This document shows positions 13,181-26,092 of a DNA stretch of 64,000 bases, one piece after another (position 1 is the first letter of the stretch; each line of letters begins with the position of its first letter). The notes under the pieces were generated by a model. That model had not been told where the DNA came from, did not search any database, and saw nothing but the letters and a program-made list of their open reading frames with translations. The translations under genes were made by a program, and so were the position numbers. The stretch lies in assembly GCA_024679065.1 (NCBI GenBank), contig JAGIQG010000040.1, positions 5,208,001-5,272,000 of the forward strand. Direction: 5' to 3'. Origin of the DNA: Sphyrna mokarran. Lineage: Eukaryota.

Positions 13181-14237
13181 TCCTGTGCACGCACACTGTC
13201 TGACTTCCTGAGTTTTTCTAGCATTTTTACATTTCACTGCAGAAGTCTGAGCAGCTTTGGATGGCAATGGAAATATTTTTATTGAACAACGTTCTTAACA
13301 ACAACTCGTGCACGAGAGTTACGATTTTCGCTTTGAATGATAAAATCCAAAAATTTGCGAGAGATTCCGGGCAAACCCTCATTTAGCTGTTATTTCGTAC
13401 TGGTCAAATCACGGGTTTTGTACATTTATTTGCAGTGCACACGGTGGGGTTGGTTTACATAGGTTTTGGTTTGACAACCTGAGTACACAATGCAGGGAAT
13501 CTATCAACACAACACTCACACAAACCAAGACATTTTCAAAAGTTTACGCTGCTTGTGGCCATTCACCTTATCCCTGTTCACCCGTTTAGAGGACCCGTGT
13601 TTGTTGATTCAGACAGTTTGCTTTGTGTATACTGTTACTCATTCATGGGTTGTGAATGTGCACCCCACTCGCTATTACTGTTTTTCATTGTCTTTATATT
13701 TCTCCCTGACACTCTGTCAGTCTCTCTGACTGGGTTTTTATTATGTTGATCTCTTTTGTTCAATGCCCTCTCCTCTCTTTCACGGTCTGTGTGTAACCGA
13801 GGTTCACTGGATTGATTTTGGCGTTCCTCCTGGGGGAAGAGATTCTGTGGGATGAGTCTGTTCGCTCTGGAGTTTAGAATAATCAGGGGTGATTTTATTG
13901 AAGCGCCTGAAACTGGGAAACAGTTTAACAGTGTACATGCTGAGAGTCTTCTTCCTCACCTCACCCCCCGCCCCACCTCTGGCTAGATTATTATGAACTA
14001 AACAAAAGGCGAATGATGTAAGAGGAGTTTGCAAAATGATATGTGGGAGAGGTGAAGCTAGGAATTGGAAAATGTGAATGATGTAATTGATGTTTGAGTG
14101 AAATGGATAGGAACCTTGGGCATCTGTCGATCGATTCATTGTACTCTTTGAAATTAGAAGAAGCTGAGACACAAGATGGGGAAAAAACACTTTTGTCTCC
14201 ATGCAATTTAGGTTATGGAAAGCCTTTGGCATCATGT

Positions 14238-14310
14238 GCCCGACTAGCTCAGTCGGTAGAGCATGAGACTCTTAATCTCAGGGTTGTGGGTTCGAGCCCC
14301 ACGTTGGGCG
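14238..14310 (+). tRNA. tRNA-Lys-CTT: tRNA-Lys (anticodon CTT)
   Basis: 73-nt GCCCGACTAGCTCAGTCGGTAGAGCATGAGACTCTTAATCTCAGGGTTGTGGGTTCGAGCCCCACGTTGGGCG. Two differences from the canonical vertebrate sequence; A and B boxes intact; T5 terminator at 14317-14321. Confidence 0.95.
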
Positions 14311-15119
14311 TCATCGTTTTTAAACTTTGCTACGTTCTTGAATGAATTCCAGATCTCAGTTCCTCCAGAAATGTTACCGCTCAAACGGAGTCTCTCTCCA
14401 TTCTATTTTGTTTATCTCACAGTTGTGTTTGTAACTGAAAACTGCCTCCCAGTTCACTGGAAAGCGGGGAGTTTAGTGCTGAACTCAGCGAGTGATTTTA
14501 TTTTCATTTATTATGAGATTTAAACCCAGATTTGCGAGATTGTATCAGTGGGAACAATAATCATCTCCAATGTAATTCAATCACTCCAGCCTTCCATCCT
14601 AACAAAAGACCTTTTATTCTTTTCTCTTCTCTCTTTCTATTTTCTCTCACTCTGTACTTGTTTTTAAACAACTAAATCACTTATTTCTTCCAGTTAGGGT
14701 CAAACATCAGCAGCTTGAACCATTCACTCTTTCCCTATCCACAGAAGTTGTTGAAACTGATGAATCTTCCAACATTATTTGTTTTGAGTTGGGATTTGCA
14801 GCAACTATAATTCCTTGTTTTGGATCACAATGAATCATTTTTCTCTGACTGAACCATAACTGTTTAAACAATTAAAGTGCTGAGATTTTTAATAATAAGA
14901 CACCCGATTATGTCACCCTGTTTGACATGAAATGAAACAAGCCAGTGATTCTCCAATGTGCCCCTCCAGCCCTTCACCACAAGAGGGTGCTCCTTCACCG
15001 TTTTTGTGTTTTCTCTACAGGAGGAGCAGTGTCGACCCCACCATAAAATGTTACAGGGCAAGCATCCAAGGGAACTTGATTGATTGTTGGATTACAAAGT
15101 GATGTGGTGTAGAGCAGAA

Positions 15120-15730
15120 ATGGATGCTAACTTTGCTGACGATGCAAAGATAGACAGGAAAATAAGTTGTGAAGGAGGCGTAAGGAGAATGTAAAAGGAC
15201 ATAAGTAGATCAATTGAATTGGCAAATCTCCAGCAAATTGAGTCTAATGTGGGAAAATGTGAAAATGTCAATTTTGGCATGATGAATATGAAATAAGATC
15301 AATAATCAAATGGCGAGAGATCACGAAATTCTGAGTTTTAAATGAATTTGGCTGATCCAATCCAGGAATCACAAGGGTTAATACAGCAATTAGTTAGGAA
15401 ATACGATAGAATGTTATCACTTATTATGACGAAATGTATTTCAAAAATAGATAGGGTATGTTTCCTTTGTACAGGACATTTGCGAGACCATATTTGGAAC
15501 ATTGTGTACAATACTTGTCTCCTTATCTAAAGAAAGATGGTAATGCTTTAGAAAATGTTCGTAGAACGTTTTCGAAACTATTACCAGAATGAGCAGGTTA
15601 TTTTACGAAGGAAGGATGGTGATGCCGGGTTTGCATCCATTGGAGTTTAGAAGCGAAAGGGGCAACTTGATTGAAACCTTTCAAACTGTAAGAGGTATTA
15701 ACAGGGTGGATGTGGAGCAGATGTTTCCTG
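15120..15730 (+). mobile_element. Decayed CR1 LINE
   Basis: FADDAK and HLExxVQ-like remnants with many stops. Confidence 0.7.
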
Positions 15731-15836
15731 TTGCCCAGAATTGTAGCTGGAATGGATATTATTTGTCTCTTTATTTCTCGGGATGTATCTATCTGGATTC
15801 TTGGTTCTGGGTCTGTTTGTAAGGCGATTGCATTGT

Positions 15837-15851
15837 CCACGCGAGGGCGCT
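15837..15851 (+). promoter_or_regulatory. CTCF-like site upstream of V4
   Basis: CCACGCGAGGGCGCT about 200 bp upstream of the ATG; paralog at 19337. Confidence 0.55.
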
Positions 15852-16036
15852 CTGTGATCACTTACAAAACATCACGGCTTCCTTCTTAGAAAGTTTCTAT
15901 TTAGCGGTATAAAATGGGAGGGGAAATAAAACCCCGCCAATCATATTGCGTACTCCTTGCTCTTTCAAATTCTCACATTCCAAGTCGGTTATAACCTGAG
16001 ATTCGTGTTTCTGTTCCTGGAGTTCAGACTGTACCC

Positions 16037-16517
16037 ATGGGGGTGAAAATATTTCTAACTCTGGTTATTGCCCTGGTCGCAGGTCAGTGAAATTGGAACA
16101 TTCCTAAAATGTCTCGCGATCCTTGTGCAATTTCCTTTTCCCATCTCTGTCTGATTATTGTCTTCCTCTTAATCCTAATCCATTGTGTGTCTGTTGTTTA
16201 TCTTCAGAGATGAGTAATGGATTCTCAGTGTCCCAGTTGGAACCAAGAGTTGAAGCAGCAGAGGGTGAAGGTTCAGCAATACCCTGCAATTACTCTGTAT
16301 CGAGTTCAGCTACAGGCTATGGCCTGTTCTGGTATCGCCAGTATCCACACAGAGCTCCTCAGTATCTGCTCAGAGCGGATAGCTATGGGTTTAACGAGAC
16401 GGCTCCCGGCTTTGAGCATTTTAGCGGGAATCTCAACATGAAGGAAAGCACTTTTTATTTGTCCATGAAAGATTTGAAGATGACAGACAGCGCCATGTAT
16501 TACTGTGCACTGAGACC
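16037..16517 (+). CDS. TCR alpha/delta V segment V4 (intact)
   Basis: Leader 16037-16082 (MGVKIFLTLVIALVA, GTCAGT). V exon 16208-16517: SVSQLEP...IPCNY...WYRQYP...DSAMYYCALRP. Confidence 0.93.
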
Positions 16518-16556
16518 CACAGTGAATAAGGCTCCCACGGACCTCATACAAAAACC
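16518..16556 (+). other. 23-RSS of V4
   Basis: CACAGTG + 23 bp + ACAAAAACC (consensus). Confidence 0.95.
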
Positions 16557-16565
16557 GGTACAAGT

Positions 16566-16770
16566 TAGAACATAGAACATAGAACATTACAGCGCAGTAC
16601 AGGCCCTTCGGCCCTCGATGTTGCGCCGGCCAGTGGACCCTCTAACCTAAACTACTCCAATATCATCCATATGCCTATCCACCAAACATTTGAATGTCCC
16701 CAAAGTAGGCGAGTCCACAACTGCTGCAGGCAGGGCATTCCACGCCCTCACCACCCTCTGTGTAAAGAAA
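16566..16770 (-). mobile_element. CR1 3'-end fragment
   Basis: (TTCTATG)n tail immediately after the V4 nonamer. Confidence 0.75.
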
Positions 16771-17639
16771 GTTCATCATCAATGGTTCCGTACAAAAAAA
16801 ATAGTGTTGCATCGTATTGACATGTACAGAGAATTAAGACCATAACACAGCCCGGTCTGAATTGTACTCCCTCGCTGAGGATAATGTTCGTCACTGTTGA
16901 GAAATGTGACATTTGGCGCTCAATTTACTTCCGAATCAAATTCAATTACTTCCTGATCCAATGCACACAAATAACAGTTCTCCGAGGTGAATAACTTCAT
17001 CAATCTATACTCAACATCAATCTGGATAAGGTGCCTAGTTGCAAGGCGACAAATTTTCAAAGTGATCTGTTCAGCTTCAGTGTTGTCCCCGTCCCCTTGA
17101 GTAGAAATAATGACCTATTGAAATCTGTCCTTTCCAGGGACAAGAGTAACCCCAGTGTGGAGTTCCGTGACCACTTATCCCGTATTCATAAAACACCTCA
17201 TTATTGTCATGCACTAGATGCACTCATTAAATACATGTTCATCAGATCGATAATAAATTATTTAACTTTCTGCATTAATTAGAAAAAAAAATCTATTCAA
17301 AGAAAGATTTTCACAATGAGTTCGGGGGATGATGAGTTAAACCAAGGAACACACAGAATGAGGGAAGATGTGAAAGAGAGAAAGAGGGAGGAAGTGTAGA
17401 CACCCACAGCCAGGGACAGAATGTGACTGATGAATGTCAGCCTTATTAAACCTTTCACTAACAGTGATTGGTCCACTGCTGACATCAAAGCTGAGACACC
17501 AGCCAATGGTAGCACTGATAAACGGCCCCCAGTTTCCCAATGATTGAAGCTGCCTCTGACCTGAGTTTACTCTGAGATACAAGACTAGAAACAACAATAT
17601 ATTTTAAACAGTGTCGCCTTTTACTTCCAATCAGGATCC

Positions 17640-18077
17640 ATGTGTTCCCTGTGTGTTTTACTGATAATAATGGCCATGTTGCCTGGTGGGTCTGAGCGCA
17701 AATCCTCAGTGTGCGTTTCAAGGGTTATTTTTATTCACAGATTTCTCACATATTCTATATGTTGTTGCAGGAACCAGTGGCAAGGATTCAGTTTCCCAGG
17801 AGCCGCCTGAATTAACGGTTCAGGAAGGACAGACGGTAATATTGAACTGCAGTTACGAAGCAAAGTATACAGACAATACTCTTTTCTGGTACATCCAATA
17901 TCCCGGGGAAGCTCCGAGATATTTACTGATGAAATATAGCACGGGGAAGGGAGAAAAATCTTCAGGTTTCTCCGATCGGTTTTCTGCTGATGTGGACAAA
18001 GTCAAGAAAACTGCTCCATTAAATATCACCGGGGTCCGTGTCTCTGACTCTGCCGTGTACCTCTGTGCGCTGAGCCC
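17640..18077 (+). CDS. TCR alpha/delta V segment V5 (intact)
   Basis: Leader 17640-17685 (MCSLCVLLIIMAMLP, donor GTGGGT). V exon 17771-18077: DSVSQEPP...LNCSY...WYIQYPG...DSAVYLCALSP. CRE-like TGACATCA at 17480. Confidence 0.92.
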
Positions 18078-18116
18078 CACACTGTTACAGGGGCACAGTC
18101 AGCCCGTACAAAAACC
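18078..18116 (+). other. 23-RSS of V5
   Basis: CACACTG + 23 bp + ACAAAAACC. Confidence 0.92.
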
Positions 18117-19197
18117 AAGGACACTCTCACCTCCTCTCACTGAATCAGATCTGTGATCTGGATCATGAAATATTAATATGACTAGAACACATTAAAAAGG
18201 CCATCTTGCCAGGATATTTTATTTCTGCGACGCTGAATGTATCATTCTCTGTAAAATCCGTTTTTATAGTAGTTTCCCGGGTCTCCAACTGCCCTTTAAC
18301 TAGGAAATCTTGGCGCTGTTATCGAAACACCTTGAACTAAATCAATCAGATTTATTAATTGTTTGATTGAGGGAGGGAAAAGCGGATGCACAACAGATCG
18401 GTAAATGAAAGAGATTGATATTGATAATATTATGGGCAGATAGAATTCTCATAACTTCTGTATGAACAAAACAGCGCGCTTTCAATGAGTTCCTGTGAAC
18501 ATTACTGCTTTTTGGGTGAATCACCCTAACTACCGCCCACGGAAACGATCTTCTGCTGTTCTGCACTGTCCTCGATATCTGCCCAAACGACCTCGGGACT
18601 GGGTGCGGATTGGGTCTTCTCGACGCCGGTCTCATGGATACATGCAGAATGTCCATCTATTAAAGCTTATTCTCCACAAGAGCCAACAATGAAAAATAAA
18701 TTTCTGACTTTTCTTGCTGCAAGGCGGTACAGTTTCATTGCTGTGAACATCTAACACGATATTGCCACACTGACACAACCTCCGGGAATTCAATTTCCGA
18801 AAGCTTGCTTTGGAACTGGCATGACTTTGACATTATCGATGACTATATTTCTATTTCGTTTGTCTATCACCGTGCTTGTTTGTTTGCCTATGTTTGAAAA
18901 GATTAATTTGCTGATCTATGTCTGTGTTTGCTTCTCTGTGTCTATGTCTGTGTCGATTTTGTGCTGCACAAAACGTACACTGACCCGGGGATGGGGGCGG
19001 AGGGGACTTATTCATGCACTTTCATCATTAGCAACTCAGACTAATATATATTGAGAATCTCCAGAGCACTTCTGGTTTTATGTTGCCGCAGTTTGGAATT
19101 GACATCAGCGTCTGTCCATATAACGGTCTAGATATATGTCTTTGGACGTTTAAGTATTAGCACCTGGTCATATCAATTTCCAATTAGCGATAGAGCT

Positions 19198-19315
19198 TTG
19201 ACAAAGGGTCATCTGGACTCGAAACATCAGCTCTTTTCTCTCCTTACAGGTGCTGTCAGACCTGCTGAGATTTCCCACTATTTTCTCCTTTGGTTTCAGA
19301 TTCCAACAATTTGCT
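19198..19315 (+). mobile_element. Penelope-associated short repeat with degenerate hammerhead-like core
   Basis: TTGACAAAGGGTC...GGACTCGAAAC...TGCTGTCAGACCTGCTGAG; related minus-strand copies at about 26700-26830 and 46990-47130. Confidence 0.5.
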
Positions 19316-19336
19316 TCCAGCCAGTGGCAGTACTGT

Positions 19337-19351
19337 CCACCGGAGGGCGCT
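19337..19351 (+). promoter_or_regulatory. CTCF-like site upstream of pseudo-V6
   Basis: CCACCGGAGGGCGCT. Confidence 0.6.
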
Positions 19352-19543
19352 CTCTGATCATGAAAGATTATGAAAGATCACGACCCGTTCCAAGAGGAAG
19401 CTGCTGTTTTGAGATGTAAAACTGGGCGGAGAGAGAGAGTCACATTCGACCTCATAGCTTTGCACTTGCTGTTTCAACTTCTGCAATTGCACGTCAGACA
19501 CAGATAGCGATCAATTTCTGTTTCTGGTGTTCAGGCTGGAACC

Positions 19544-20031
19544 ATGGGGCTGAAACACCGTCTTTCTCTTGTTCTTGTCCTGATCATATTGGGGTTAAAT
19601 TCTTCAATCATATTGTTAGTTCCCATTTCTATCCCTGGTTGCTTGTGTCTTCCGCTTGTTATACTTTTTTGTATATTTTCAGAGGTGAGTAACAGAGACT
19701 CAGTGTTCCAGTCAGAGCCAAAAGTTCTTTCAGAGGTGAGTAACAGAGAATCAGTGTTCCAGTCAGAACCAAAAGTTCATGCAGCAGAGGATAAAGATGC
19801 GGGAATACCCCGCAGTTCCGCTGTGCAGAGTTCAGCTACGTGCTATAACTTGTTTTGGTGTCGCCAGTATTCACCTCAATATCTTGTTAGAGTCGATAGT
19901 TATAGGTTTCCCGATAAGGCTCCTGCTTTGGACACTCCAGGAAGAATATCAACAAGACGCAAAGTACTCTTTATTTGTCCATAACGATTTAAAAATGGCT
20001 GACAGAGCTGTGTATTACTGTGACGGAGACC
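19544..20031 (+). pseudogene. TCR V pseudogene (paralog of V4)
   Basis: First Cys lost, frameshift, 51-bp internal duplication. RSS CACAGTG (20032) + 23 bp + degraded GCATAAACT. Confidence 0.88.
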
Positions 20032-20913
20032 CACAGTGAATGAGGCTGTTCCGGGCCTCGTGCATAAACTGGCGGAGTTTGACAATCAATAGTTCCGTGT
20101 CAAGAAAACACATGGGGTTGAATTTCAGAGAAAATGTACAGATTATGAACCTAACAATGCAGCCGCACCTGAACTGCATTCCCTCCCTAAGGTCAATGAC
20201 TGTCACTGTTGGGAAATTTGACCTTTGGCTTCAGATTATTCCTGAATCAAATGGAGTTATTTCCTGACGAGATGATATTTTGTCATCTTTCTGTATCAGA
20301 CGTCTATCTGTCAAGGGACACCTGTTAAAAATGATCTAATATCACAGGAACTTTCAGAGTTGTCACATTTAAAGTTCCTGAGATAGAAATAATGACTGAG
20401 GGAAATCAGTACTTTCCCAGTATAAGAATAACCCTGCATCTCAATGTGGATTTGGGTGACTTCTTATCCCCGATGTATTTTAAACGGTAACAACAGATTG
20501 TGTTGATGCAATGGATACACTTATATAATATCCGCGGAATAAATGAATGTAAATTACTAATTTCACATTTGATTTCAGATAGAGAAAGAATTATCTAAAA
20601 AAGACGGGGACATTGAGTTTGAATTAAAGCGAGTTAAACCGAGAAAGAGACAGTTTAACTGCTAATTTATAGTGGGAGAGAATGAGGAAGACACACAGAG
20701 CCCGGGATCAAATGTGATTGGAGAGTCCTCTCTGATCAGTGATTAGTTCACAGCTGACTTCATCTAAAGGAAACCAGCCAATCGTAGTACGGAGAAAAGC
20801 CTCCAATTTCCCAATAATTGAAACTGCCTCTGAGCTGAGTTCATTCTGTGAGATAAACTAGAAAAAGCAACATATTTTAAACAGTGTCGCTGCTTACTCT
20901 TCAAACAGGAATC

Positions 20914-21351
20914 ATGAGTTCCCTGTGTGTTTTACTGATAATAATGGCCATACTGCCCGGTGAGTCTGAGCTCAAATCCTCAGTGCCTGTTTTACGGGAT
21001 ATATTCACTCGCAGATTTTTCAAACATTCTATGTGTTGTTACAGGAACCAGTGGGCAAGATTCAGTTTCCCAGGGGCCGCCTGAATTAACGGCTCAGGAA
21101 GGACAGACGGTAACATTGAACTGTAATTACACAACAAAATATAGTTTTCCAGATCTGTTATGGTACATCCAACATCCCGGGGAGGCTCCGAAATATTTAC
21201 TGAAGATTTATAGCACGGGGGATGGAGAAGAGTCTCCAGATTTCCCATATCGGATCTCTGCTGATTTGAACCTGGACAGGAAAGTAGTTCCTTTAACGAT
21301 CACTGGGGTCCGTGTCTCTGATTCTGCCGTGTATCAGTGTGTGCTGATCCC
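20914..21351 (+). CDS. TCR alpha/delta V segment V7 (open; paralog of V5)
   Basis: Leader 20914-20959 (GTGAGT). V exon 21045-21351 is open and ends with an atypical DSAVYQCVLIP. Confidence 0.88.
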
Positions 21352-21390
21352 CACACTGTTACAGAGGCACAGTTAGTCCGTTCAAAAACC
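21352..21390 (+). other. 23-RSS of V7
   Basis: CACACTG + 23 bp + TCAAAAACC. Confidence 0.88.
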
Positions 21391-21774
21391 AGCAAAGGCA
21401 TTCTCACTTCCTCTCACTGTGTCAGATCTGTGATGCAGGTTGTGAACTGTTAATATAAACAAAGCAATCTTACAAAGAGCTAGTTTTACTTGCCAGAATG
21501 ATCTATTTCTGCAGTGCTGAACATGTGCCATTCTATGTAAAATAGTTGTTTCTGTGGCTTACGAGCAACTCTCTAAATGAAATACTCTGGAGTTGTTATC
21601 ACAACATTAAATAATACCCATCAGTCTCCCATCTCAAAGATTAAATCCGTGAAATCAACAACATTTGGCTAAATACCTTCTGTGTCATAACGATGTTGGA
21701 TATTCAATCGTTTAGTTTTTTGAAACCGTTTGATAGATTTGTGAATGTTCAGGGTAAATAAGACACTTGGGAAC

Positions 21775-22620
21775 ATTAGAACATGAGAACTTGGAGCAGG
21801 GAACAGGCCATCTGGTCCCTCGACTCTGCTCCACCATTCAATAAGACCACGGCTGATCCTTTCGTGGACTCAGCTCCACTTACTCGCCTAATCATAACCG
21901 TTAATTCCTTTACCGTCCAAACTTTATCTATCTTTGCCTTAAAAAAACATTCAATGAAGTACCCTCAACTGCTTCACTGGGCAGTGAATTCCACAGATTC
22001 ACAATCCTTTGTAAAGAAGTTCCTCCTTAACTCAGTCCTAAATCTGCTTCCCCTTATTTTGAGCTATGCCCCCTAATTCTAGTTTCACCTGCCGAAGGAA
22101 ACAACGTCCTTGTTTCTATCTTACTTATTCCCTTCATAATCTTATGGATTTCTATAAGAGCTCCCCTCATTCTTCTTAATTCCAATGAGTGTAGCTCAGT
22201 CTTTGCTCCTCAACCAACCCTCTTAACCCCGGAATCGACCTAGTGAATCTTCTCTGCACCTCCCCCACTGCCAATACATCCTTTCTTAAACAACGAAACC
22301 AAATCTCCAGGTGTGGCCTCACCAGCACACTATGCAACTGCAACATAACCTCGCTGTTTTTAAACTCTATCCCTCTAGCAATGAAGGACACAATTTCATT
22401 TGTCTTCTTAATTGTCTGCTGACGTGCAAACCAACTTTCTGAGATGCTTGTGCAAAGATATCCCTGGTCCCTCTGATCAGCAGCATGCTGCAAATTTTTA
22501 CTAATTAAATAATAGTCAATTTTGCTGTTATTCCTACCAAAATGGACGACTTCACATTTACCAACATTGCACTCCATTTGTCAGACTCTCGCCCCCTCAC
22601 TTAGACTATCTATATCCCTT
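21775..22620 (-). mobile_element. CR1 LINE 3' portion
   Basis: ORF 22176-22577: KCEVVHFGR...LVRPHLE...VQRRFTR. Confidence 0.85.
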
Positions 22621-22930
22621 TACATATATGAAGGTAATACGAGAAATTTGATGTGACGTAGATCAGTTGTGAATTTATTCAATGGCGGAACAGGCCCTTT
22701 TGAAGGAGCAAATGGTTCGCTGCGTCTCCTATTCCTATTTTCTGAGGTGCTTCTGTCCAGTTCATCGTTCTGAACACAGATTCAAATGATTATTTTTCTT
22801 CACGTTTGACGTCATGGATTGGAGAACAAAGACACTCTGAGATGATTGGATGAAATGTGGACCTCTGAGCTGATTGTGTCACCTGCTGACTCTAACAGAA
22901 ATGAACCAATCGCTAGCGAGGCCGAATATT

Positions 22931-24990
22931 ATAGAACATAGAACATAGAACATTACAGCACAGAACAGGCCCTTCGGCCTTCGATGTTGTGCCGACCAAA
23001 ATAAAAAGCAATGCCCCTCCAAACTAAACCATTCCCTCTCTTCCATATACTTATCAATTAACCTCTTAAACGCCACCAAACTTGGCGCATCTACAACAGC
23101 TGCAGGCAGGGCATTCCACTCCCTAATCACTCTTTGAGTAAAGAACCTACCTCTGATATCCATCCTATAACTATCACCCCTTAATTTAAAGCTGTGTCCC
23201 CTAGTGCTAGCTTTCTCCATCCTAGGAAAAAGGCTATCACTGTCCACCCTATCTAAACCTATAATCATCTTATATGTTTCGATTAGGTCCCCTCTTAGCT
23301 GCCTCCTTTCTAACGAAAACAACCTCAAATCCCTCAGCCTCTCTTCATGAGACCTGCCCTCCATACCAGGCAACATCCTGGTAAACCTCCTCTGTACCCT
23401 CTCCAATGCCTCCACATCTTTCTTATAATGTGGGGACCAGAACTGCACACAATACTCCAAGTGCGGCCGCACTAGAGGTTTGTACAGTTGCAACATGATG
23501 CTGCGGCTCCTAAATTCAATCCCCCTACCAATAAAAGCTAAGACTCCATAAGCCTTCTTAACAACTTTTATCCACTTGACTGCCTACTTTCAGGGATCTA
23601 TTGACACATACACCAAGATCCTTCTGTTCCTCAACACTATTAAGAGCCCTACCATTAGACCTATACTCTACACATTTATTGTTCCTGCCAAAGTGCATTA
23701 CCTCACACTTTTCCACATTAAACTCCATTTGCCACCTCTCGGCCCAGCGCTGCAACTTGTCCAAGTCACTCTGTAAACTAAAACACCCCTCTTCACTATC
23801 TACCACACCACCAACTTTAGTATCATCTGCAAATTTACTGATCCATCCCTCAATACCCTCATCCAGATCATTTATAAAAACTACAAACAGCAGGGGCCCC
23901 AAAACAGACCCCTGAGGTACACCACTTGTCACCGAACTCCACGATGAATATCTCCCATCAACCACCACCCTCTGTCTTCTATCTGCCAGCCAATTCCTCA
24001 TCCAATTAGCTAAATCCCCCTCTATTCCACACATCTGCATTTTCTGTAGAAGTCTTCCATGGGCCACCTTATCAAAAGCCTTACTAACGTCCATATATAC
24101 TACATCAACCGCCTTACCCCCATCCACCTCTCTGGTCACTTTCTCAAAAAACTCAGAGGTTAGTAAGGCATGACCTACCCTTCACGAAACCATGCTGACT
24201 ATCCCCAATCAATTCATTTCTCTCTAAATAACTATAAATACTATCCCTAATAATTCTCTCCAATACCTTGCCCACAACAGAAGTAAGACTCACTGGCCTA
24301 TAATTCCCTGGAAGGTCTCTCTTTCCCTTCTTGAACAATGGGACCACATTCGCTATCCTCCAGTCCTCCGGAACCACACCCGTAACCAACGAGGACCTGA
24401 AGATCAGAGCCAGAGGCTCTGCAATCTCCTCTTGCCTCCCAGAGAATCCTAGGGTAAATCCCGTCCGGCCCAGGGGACGTATCCAACTTCAAACCCTCGA
24501 GAATTTCTAACACATCCTCCCTATCTACTACAATACTTCCCAATTTGCAACCCTGTACCTCAGTGCTCTCCATAGCTAAATTTCCAGCACTCTGCGTGAA
24601 TACCGAAGAGAAATATTTATTCAGTGCCTCACCAATCTCTTCAGGCTCCACGCACAAATTCCCACTGCTGTCTATGACTGGCCCTAATCTTGCCCTAACC
24701 AATCTTCTATTCTTAACATATCGAAAGAAAGCTTGAGGATTCTCCTTAATCCTATCAGCCAACATCTTCTCGTGTCCCCTCTTAGCTCTCCTCAATTCAC
24801 TTTTTACCTCCTTCCTGGCTAATCTATAGCTATCCATTGCACTAACTGAGCCTTCAAGCCTCATCCTGACATAAGCCTTCTTTTTCTTCTTAACCAGCAA
24901 ATCAACTTTTTTCGTACACCAAGGCTCTCTTACTCGACCATTTCCTCCCTGCCTGACAGGGACATACTTATCAAGGACTCGCAGCAGCTA
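22931..24990 (-). mobile_element. Young 5'-truncated CR1 LINE (about 2 kb, ORF2 RT with frameshifts)
   Basis: ORFs 24298-24900, 24153-24389, 23558-24139 (GVPQGSVLGP, FADD) and 22879-23496; (TTCTATG)n tail. Confidence 0.95.
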
Positions 24991-25094
24991 TATTACTCAA
25001 CATCTTCTGAACTCTGAAGTGAAACAATTGAGATTTAACTCAACTTCCACACATTTTGCGGTACAACACAATGATCTTCCCTTTATCGTTCCAA

Positions 25095-25392
25095 GTAAGT
25101 AAAGTTTATTTATTAGTCAAAACTAGGCTTACAGTAACACTGCAATGAAGTTACTGCAAAAATCCCCTAGTCGCCACACTTCGGCAGTTCTTCAGGTACA
25201 CTGAGGTAGAATTTGGCATGCCCAATGCACCTAACATGCATATCTTTCAAAGTATCGAAGGAAATCGAAGTACCCGGAGGAAACCCACGCAGATACAGTG
25301 AAAACGTGCAAACTCAGCACAGAGAGGGATCAAAGCCACGAATCGAGCCCAGATCCCCGGCGCAGTGAGGCTGTAGTGCTTACCACTGTGTC
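25095..25392 (-). mobile_element. tRNA-derived SINE (HE1-like)
   Basis: Minus-strand tRNA head and GGGTTTCCTCCGG core; similar copies at about 29210-29518, 37430-37673 and 43700-43955. Confidence 0.75.
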
Positions 25393-26092
25393 ACTTTTGT
25401 TTCCAACAACCGGCTCATGACAGATAAAATCTGCACCCTTCACACCTGCAAAAATAGAAATTAGGACTTTAGCTGTGTTATTGTCGCTTTATTAGAAACA
25501 AGGGAATTAAATAATTGTACATAAAGGAAACAAAAGTGGTGTTGTGAGGAATGAGGAAAGAACAAAAATTCTGCCCAGTGAAGCAGTTAAGCTACCTCAG
25601 TGAGTAGTTTTAAGGCGAAGGTAGATACATGTTTGAACAGTAATGGAATTAAGGGTTATGGTGAGCGGGCGGCAAAGTGGAGCTAAGTCCACGAAAAGAT
25701 CAGCTGTGACCTTATTGAATGGTGCAGCAGGGTCAAGGGAGCAAATGGCCTACTCCAACTCCTACTTCTTACGTTCTTATGTGCTTATGTTCTTACGCAA
25801 TTTCATAGCAGTGCCATTGTAAGCTGACTTACGACAGTCGTAAATAGACTTTAAACATAAACTTTTAGTTGATACAGGGATGGAAATAGCATGAAAGAAA
25901 AAATGGGAGCGAATCTATCACATATTGATTTGTGAAATTAATGTTCATTATAGATGTTAGTTAAAAGCAACGAATAAAACTTCTCAGTTACTGCTCCCCT
26001 GTTCTTATTGGGTGTTGTATTCTGTGTTGGCATTTGTTTAATCACTGTGACCTTCACAGGCTGAGTAATCGGTCCTGTTTGGCACTGAATGC

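Noticed and set aside
26010-26049. CACAGTG + 24 bp + ACAACACCC on the minus strand
   Set aside because: No V directly attached and a weak nonamer; at most a cryptic RSS.
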